Shown here piece after piece: positions 56,201 to 64,000 of a stretch of DNA of 64,000 nucleotides (its first letter is position 1; every line of letters starts with the position of its first letter). The stretch comes from Trichoplax adhaerens. Taxonomy: Eukaryota; Animalia; Placozoa. Position numbers and translations under genes: made by a program. The stretch spans positions 1,538,106-1,602,105 of the forward strand of contig NW_002060950.1 of the NCBI RefSeq assembly GCF_000150275.1. The letters run 5' to 3'. The notes below the pieces were generated by a model. The model was not told the origin of the DNA, ran no database searches, and worked only from the letters and a program-made list of their open reading frames with translations.

Positions 56201-58260
56201 AATAAGTTATACAAGGATACTTTCTTTGCTTACCTGAGCTACTAATAAAGTAATAGTATCGCGGTTAAAGGTAAAACCAGTAGCACTACCAGTGGAAGGA
56301 ATAACTTTGGCACCTTTCAGGACGCTGTTGATTTGAGCTAATCATTAAGAATCAAGATTGAAAGAATGTTTAAAAGCGAAACGTTAAACATGGATTCAGT
56401 TCTAGTGATGATGAATAATTATAATAAAGTTTTTTTCGTTAGATTATAAAGTAGCTGATGATGGATTAAGAAGAAGGAAGATAGATCTTTGATATAGTTT
56501 AAAGGAAGAGGTAGTCAAGAAAGTTGTTCTTTAATACTATTATCTAATTAAAAACAAACACAAAAGGTAGCCATAGAAAGTCTAATTGAATTACTCTTCT
56601 ATCCTTCACTTTTATATAGTAAATTGATTGAAAGTGATATTTTATCAATTTTAATAATAACTTGTCCTTCGAATCAATATTGAAAGTAAAATGGCTTCAT
56701 TTTCAATTTGAGTTCAAGTAATGTTCAACAGCTCCAGCAGGTAAATTAGAGTAATTTAAAGTATTTATAATTAAATTCTTTCCTAAACATTAAGAGTAAT
56801 TGTACAAAAATCAGCTTCGGATGATCACAACATAGTCGTCATTGCTTGAAAATTATTTATAATTTGCTACTACTCCGTTGGTTAAGACGCGTAAACTACT
56901 CTTCTTCAATATCAGATTATCGATAAAATAAAACTATCCATCTCTTTCTACCATATCGTTGTCATATTGAAATTTTAAACGCAGTAGTCTTTCCCATTTA
57001 CGAGCTACATTTTTCTTTAATTGACATTGACTAATTGACTATTCGTCCTGCCTGTCGAGTTATCAATAAACAAAAACATCCATCTTCCTCTACAATATCA
57101 CTGATATCTTACAATTTTAAAAACGGACGGGTTCGGTACTTTTATCGAGCTACAGTATTCCTACTTGAACTCTTTCCTAAAGGTTAAAACTACGTTCCAA
57201 AAAAAATCAGCTTGAGAACACTGCGCTAGCATCTCGTGGTAATGACTTCAAGAATCTCCACCATGGAGTACTACTACATTGACTAATTGACTACAGTGCT
57301 CGTCCTCCCTTTCAATAAAGTAAAATAAAATGTCCATCTTCATGGACGATATCATATTGCAATTTTTAACGCGTAGTTTTCCTTATTTCCGCGCTACACT
57401 ATTCCTACTTAAACTCTTTCCTAAACGTTAAAACTGCTTACCCCAAAAATTAGCTTTAGAACATTGTACTAACATTTCATTGTAATCACTGAAAGAATCT
57501 CGATGGGCTAATTGGCCATAGTACTTATCCCTCCAAGTTATCAATAAAATAAAGTAATATCTTCATGGACGATATTGCTGTCATTTTACAATTTTAAACG
57601 CGCAGTTTTCCCTATTTCCTAGCTACAGCATTCCTACTTAAACTCTTTCCTAAACGTTAAAATTACGTAGCAAAAAATCAGCTGGAGAACACTATATTGT
57701 ACTATGTCATACTCTAACTTAAGAATCGCCATAGACTAATCAACTAAGGTATAGTACTCATCCTCCGTATCAAGTTAGCAATAAAATAAAATATTCTTCT
57801 CCCTTGAAGATATCACTGATATGTTACAATTTTAAAGTCAGTAACGTTTTTCCTATTTCCGCAGTCTTTGTTAGAAAGAAAGCCGAAAGTGATTATCCAA
57901 CATTTTCCTCTATGTAAAACTCAATTATCGCCATTATTTTTTTCTATTAAGAGAGAGATTGTTCTTAGCCATCATTAGAATCGATTGTATCAAGCACTTA
58001 CCATAAGGTAAATCGTTAGGTTGAAGAAAGAAAATGAAATCTTTGACCATTTTATAAAGATAGACGGTAACGACTTCCACTATAGGTGTAGTATCAGGAT
58101 TACTTTGAGGAGTTGGCATTGTTGGCAATTCTGCCCAAACGATTACACCATTCGGTTGGATATAATTTTGTGTCTGAGCTTGAACGACATAGTTGTAGGT
58201 AGAAGAGAGAAGTAGAAAGTACAAGACACCTGAGATAGCCTTAGAAAGATTAACAGCCAT
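47272..58260 (-). CDS. Prominin-family pentaspan membrane glycoprotein with very long C-terminal tail (~25 exons)
   Basis: Signal peptide; TM1 followed by Cys-rich LIFCICRCQGNCGG; TM2; large loop; TM3 with LLGCIGY..RTRTSNAGGHMLMA; TM4; large loop; TM5 DGF-NSYWFSIG..FFIPVIIMAIKFAKFLR. All exons join in frame through to QMHI* at 47272. Confidence 0.9.
54133..54310. repeat. 44-bp minisatellite (4 copies) in a prominin intron
   Basis: GATATTTATCATCATCTATAC core at 54159, 54203, 54247 and 54291, plus a related solo copy at ~53943. Confidence 0.85.
56760..57865. repeat. ~240-bp diverged tandem repeat (4-5 copies) in prominin intron 1
   Basis: Recurrent ATTCCTACTTRAACTCTTTCCTAAA.GTTAAAA, AAAAAATCAGCT, CAATTTTAAA and (T)CAATAAA anchors at ~57061, 57312, 57540 and 57778. 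Confidence 0.85.
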
Positions 58261-58636
58261 GATTGAACAGCGTTAGAAATTGTGATCGGAGAAAGAATAG
58301 ACGAAGAGAAAATGATTAATCTTGTTGGCAAAAGAAGAAGCAAATTGTCAATGTCAAAAAAGAGAACTTTATCCAAGTGGAGATCAAGGCACAGTTGGTA
58401 AAATTTGTCTATCGCTTGTTAATGATTTTTTGCTTAGCAGTCTGTTATCCAAAACGTGTTAATCTTTCTTCTTTTGGATCTTCTTCCTGTCGAAGGATAA
58501 ATTGATGTTGATATCAAGATAATATTCTATCTCGATATTTTCCTTTTTTCACCAACTGCTTACCCTCGGCCAGGGCTATCAATTACATCGACGAAAGCAA
58601 GTCCTTCTCTCTTATTCTGTGTTTATTTTCTTTGGC

Positions 58637-58711
58637 GTGATCTTAGCAACGCCTCCTGCATGCATTTTTCTCTCAACTCGTTGAATAAAATGAACTCATT
58701 ACTATGGTAAC
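58637..58711. promoter_or_regulatory. Two candidate RFX X-boxes upstream of prominin
   Basis: GTGATCTTAGCAAC (58637-58650) and ATTACTATGGTAAC (58698-58711), 380-450 bp upstream of the ATG. Confidence 0.45.
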
Positions 58712-59169
58712 TTATCAATGACGATATCACCATTAACTCGCTAATCTGTTGCAATTATTCTAGCATCAATCGATTAGGGTATGAAGGACAATGTAAAGGC
58801 CATGAGTAAAGCCTCCTTTCCAATTGATCCTTATTTGCTTTTTATTGTCCATTAAATCAATCAATGGACGCTTATGATTGGATTGTTATTTTAATATGAA
58901 AATAGACCAAAATAAATGGCTGCCCATTTTAACTCCTTTTAACCAATCCAATCGTCGCATTGGATATTGAAATTGGATGATTCCATGCTATTCTATCGGG
59001 GATTTTAGCGATTGATGGTAGGTAAGAGCTAAGATGAGCCGATGTCAATGTGATTTATCCTCCTATCGGCTCTTTTTTCCCCTCAATAAAAACATTCCAC
59101 ATGAGTGATCATCATGGAAACTCGATAAAGTATCACAGAGAGGAAACTGGAAAAAGCAATACGTCCACT

Positions 59170-60900
59170 GCTTGTAGTATTCTTTGTACAAAGTCAATTC
59201 ATTCCTCTTCTCCGTGTAAAACTATATCTATAATTATAATTCATGCAAGATGTTTAAAGTATCTTGGAGACATTACTCTTGTCGGAGGAGATTTATTACT
59301 CTTCTTCTCCAAACACGCGTAAAACTGCATCTGCAATGAAATAGAAAGTTCTATCATAGACTTTACTTACTCGTCTAGGCAGGTATAAACTGTCTCTAAG
59401 ACGTTATACGTAATCTTCTCATATGCACTATTTGTACTTTTCCCAGAAGACATTTACTATTCTTCTTCTCCAAGTAAAATTGCATATGCAATAAAACAGA
59501 GAGTTCTATCATCGACTTCTTTTACTCGTCTTGAGAGATATAAACTATCTCCGAGATTTTATACATGCTTAATCCATGGCACTATTTACAGTATTCTCTA
59601 CAAGAAGTTCATTTATTCTTCTTCAGATTAAACTATAAGAGTGGCAATAATACGAGTAAAATAACCTCCAAGATGTACGTACCTCGGAGAGGAAATAGGT
59701 AATGTTATATGCATTAGTTATACATCGTATTCTCTATAATAGTTCAATTTGCCTTCTCCTCCAAGTAAAATTACATCATTTATAATAATAGAGCAACCCT
59801 TATATAGTACCGCAAATACGAGGTCCATGCACTCTTCTTCTCCAAGTAAAAACTACGTTATCTGCAGTAATAGAATAGAATAGTATAACTTTGATAAAGT
59901 ACCCCGGACAGGGAATATGCGAACTTATATCTGTTACTATTAGTATTCTCTACAAGACTTCGATTTATTCTTCTTCTCCAGCTCAAACCACATCGGTAAT
60001 AATTACATTATAACAACCTCTATAGGGTACCTCGGATAAGAAATACTTATATGTATTATTTACTGCATTCTCTACAGCAGCTGGATTTACTCTTCTCCAG
60101 GTAAAACTACACCATTCATAATAATGAAACAACCTGTATAAAGTACTACGGATAGCGAATACGCAATCTTGTGTGCATTACTTGTAGCATTCTCTACAAG
60201 AGATCAATTTCTTCTTCTTCTCCTGCTTACATCACATCAGTAATAATTATTTTAATACAATAACCTCGTTATGGTACCTCGGATAGGGAATACGTAATCT
60301 TATGTTCGGTATTCTCTGCAAGATGTCAATTTATTCTTCCACGGGTAAAACTACGCCTTTCATAATACTAGAATAACCTCTAGAATTAACCTCGGATAGG
60401 GAATACTTAATTGTATATGTATTACTTGTAGCATTCTCTACAAGTAGTCAATTTATTCTTCTTGTCCAGCTCAAACTTTATCAGTAATAACAATTATAAT
60501 GCAACCTCTATATTAGGTACCTTGGATAGGAAATAAGTGATCTTATTCTCTACAGGTAAAAACTACATCATTCATAAATAATAATACAACAACCTGTATA
60601 TAGTGTCTCGGACAAGGGATATAAAATCTCATGTGCATTACTTATAGTATAACTATAAGAAGTCAATTTATTCTTCTCCAGGTAAATCTACATCATTTAT
60701 AATAATAGAATAACCTCTATATAGTACTTCGGATAGGGAATACGTAATCTTACGAGTATTACTTGTGGTATTCTCCGCTGGAGGTCAATACACTTTTCTA
60801 CTCCAGGTAAAAACACATCAGTAACAGTAATAGAATACGTCGTAGAAAATCTTCTATGAAACATCTCGGATAGAGAATACGTAATCTCATGTGCACTATT
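59170..60900. repeat. ~120-bp diverged tandem array (~13-14 units) upstream of prominin
   Basis: Recurrent TTCTCTACAAG..AATTTATTCTTCTTCTCCAGGTAAAACTACATC..AATAAT..AACCTCTATA..GTACCTCGGATAGGGAATACGTAATCT. Confidence 0.9.
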
Positions 60901-61879
60901 TTTAATGGACCCATAAAAGAGGCATTATAGAATTAATTGTTAATGCAGTCAATCAATTGAATAATAAAAGTGTCAATTATCGAACATCCATTATATTGAA
61001 TCATTTTTGATTGGCATGTCTATTTATAATAATATTACTCTTATTCAATGACATCATTGCATCTTGATCATCATTATGAAGGTTTAGACTATGAATTTAT
61101 TCTATTTCTCTGATATATACAAATCGATATCTTACTGAAGGCAAAAAACTGTCGATATGATTGATTAACATCTCATTTGCATCATCCATTCTTCCTACCA
61201 CCTCATCTCCATAGAATTAACTAAAGTATGTCTAGGACTTTAGGTATTGTATAAAATAATTTACCATATTTGGTCATTATTGTACCCATTAAATAGCTTT
61301 TGTTGCAAAGGCATCGGTAATCGATTTTAAATATATCCTAATGACGTAGTGGTTATAAGGCAAAACGATGCTCTAAGTAGATAGGTCTGGTTTGCTACTA
61401 CTAATACTAGTACCAACTAGTCGTTGCAGCTAGAATGATAGGCAAAACAGTCTGGATGGGCTATAGGTATGCATATTGAACTATTATAGTATAGGTATGA
61501 TCATGACCTTTACGATGGATGGGAAAGAGAACAGATGATATTGATTGTAAATGGTATCAGTATGCTTGTAAATAGGTTGCAAGCATATTTTCACCGAGTA
61601 CTACTATAGATGTGGCCATGATAGTATTTATGAGCTAGCTATGCCGGCTGTGATGATACACAAGAGAGTATACAAGTCTTTCCGCGCTAAAATCACTCAT
61701 TTCGCCTTATAGCTGTATGGGAATTAAACTACCTTGGCTCAATTGGTATAGGTAATCCATTAATTCTATAGAGATATGATTACCTTAAATGATGCAAAAC
61801 TCTGTTCTCTCAGTCGCTGCTACTATATTATCTAGTGTTTGGTGTTTATAAGGGACACGTAAAAATAAATCACAGGAAT

Positions 61880-62415
61880 AAGGTTTGCATGCTTGATTAT
61901 ATATACATACTCGTATGTATATAAGCCTATTAAATATAATATAATAGCTAAATGTCATATCGATCATATAAATTGACTTTATTGACTATTAATGTAGGAA
62001 TAGAATCACAGCAATGATGATATGCAAGATGGCATATACAGTATTTAATCACACCTAAGCAGTACGTGAATATAAGGCATTCATGCTTGATTATAGCTGA
62101 ATCCCATCTCGATCAGATAAATTGACACCATTGACTATTATTGCAGGAATAAAATTACGGCGATGACGATATGTACTTGAGCTTATAGAGTAGATTTTAA
62201 TCATACCTAAACAATACACAGATACGAAGCTTTCATACTTGATTATAGCTGTATCATATCTCGATCAAACAAATTGATACTATTGACTATTATTGCAGCA
62301 ATGAAATCACAACTATGATAGTATTTACGAGAGCACATACAAGAGATTTAAATATGCCTAAGTGAAATACGGGCGTAAGATGTCAAGGCTTAATTGTAGC
62401 TGAATGTCATTTCCA
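61880..62415. repeat. ~150-bp diverged tandem repeat (3-4 copies)
   Basis: CTTGATTATAGCT..CATCTCGATCA..AAATTGA..ATTGACTATTA anchors at ~61891, 62085, 62237 and 62387. Confidence 0.8.
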
Positions 62416-64000
62416 TCAGAGAAATTAGCAGTTAGAGCTTTGCAAATAACGAGCCATTTCTGAATTGACTACTATCCACGTAATATACTTTTGATTTACT
62501 GCATAAAATAAAACATTGACCGCGTATGTTACAGCGTTATAAATAATTAGCCGATTTTTAATTTTATTACTATGTAAGATACTTTTAGTTTACAACACGA
62601 GCTAAGGCGTCGGTCGAGATTCAATCGTATAACTTCATACTGAAAAATTCAAGTGTGGATTATCGCTGGCTAAAACACTACTATGGAGGTACATGCACTG
62701 ACCATCTCTGCTTTAGAAGGAGTTTCATTATTCGTAACATCTGACAACGTACGGTGTAAAAATTATAATTTAAGAGTATCTGTATACCTTTGTACTAACA
62801 AGGTAGTAGAAATTTTCTATATTATAAATAAATCATCTATTGCCCAAATTCTATATCATTACAAAATGCGACGGATGTTAGAACATCAACTTTGTAATAT
62901 AGGACAAAGTCATCTTTATTGCTAGCTAATGATGCAAATAGAGAATCAATTACCTTATCTATAATTTTTAGGATTTGCTTGCAATAAAGCAATAATTCAT
63001 TCCTGTTTTAATTAGGTCTTTATTAGCTGTTTTAATTTTAAATTGAATTGATTTCTTAATAATATTTTAATAGATAACGTATTAATTATTAACGGAACAA
63101 AACATACTAGAATGGATCAAAACTATTTTAAAAACATTTCAATTTTTCTGTTTTGCTTGAAATACCATTAGAAACATTTTAATTATTTACTCACAGTATT
63201 ATAAGCTCCTTGGTTCATAAAATATTTTATTCGGTCGTTTTCCAATCGGTAATAATGCTATAGCATACTGTACATCATTCTCTGGAAATAATCAATAGTA
63301 AAACTTTCATTAAAAAAGAAGATACGAATAAAGCCATAGGCATCATATTCCGTAGTTAATATTAATTCTTGTTATCTTTCAACTTAATTTATCCATTTCT
63401 CATTATATATCATGTAGTTATTTTTTTATCAACAAGTAATGGGAAAGCTCTGTTATAGACGGATAGCTTATTGTGGTAAATATATGTTTGTATCAGCAGT
63501 AATTAAAATCCCTATTGTCCTGTAGTAAATATTATAAATACTTGAAACAACAAGGAAATGATTGTCTTGAAAGCGATCTCAAAATGCAAAATGGTTGCTC
63601 CCTTCTATGCACTCCTATTCACAATCATTCTTCAGAGTTCTTATAAAATTATAATCAGCATACTTAACGAGTAAAATAGCCTAATGATGATAACCTGATT
63701 GACGGATTCAGATATCACAGCAACTATATAGAAATTAAAATCAATAAACAATCATTAATTTACGATTAACTGAAAATTGATAAGCGGAAAAATGAAAACA
63801 ACTCCAGAAAACATTAAAATCCATTATCAGCATAGCTAAGGGCGCATAATTGATGATATCCTCAAACTCGTAATCTTTTATAGAGTTACAGTAGACTATG
63901 CATAAAAATATTGTAAAGTAAAAAGTACAAGTACATCCTATAAGCAAACTATCATAATGCATAAAATATAAATAAGAGGAGAGAAACAGTCATTTATATT

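Noticed and set aside
59170-62415. Hammerhead ribozyme or snoRNA arrays in the tandem repeats
   Set aside because: No conserved CTGANGA...GAAA core or paired C/D boxes are visible across units on either strand.

Overview
AT-rich eukaryotic genomic DNA with many short GT-AG introns and tightly packed genes. The style suggests a compact early-branching animal genome, most likely a placozoan (Trichoplax-like); this is inference only. Seven spliced genes could be traced exon by exon: MMS19 (+, first exon uncertain), casein kinase I alpha (-), SUPV3L1/SUV3 (-), RNPC3/U11-U12-65K (+), TAPT1 (-), CFAP206 (+) and a prominin (-). Most short ORFs in the supplied track are exon fragments or artefacts. 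Points of interest: (1) TAPT1, CFAP206 and prominin form a cilia-related cluster with X-box-like motifs, and TAPT1 and PROM1 are also neighbours in human. (2) The prominin has a ~530-aa cytoplasmic tail carrying a polybasic stretch, PPxY, a duplicated YADHH and Q/P repeats. (3) TAPT1 carries a clear U12-type intron and converges on a minor-spliceosome gene. (4) A cryptic 4-exon membrane-protein ORF lies just behind TAPT1. (5) Self-complementary TACAG/CTGTA/GTAC tracts cluster near the 5' ends of the housekeeping genes. (6) An ~82-bp palindrome-bearing array sits in the SUV3/RNPC3 divergent intergenic region. (7) There is one MITE, and four unrelated tandem arrays lie in and upstream of prominin. 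No rRNA, tRNA or CRISPR array was recognised.
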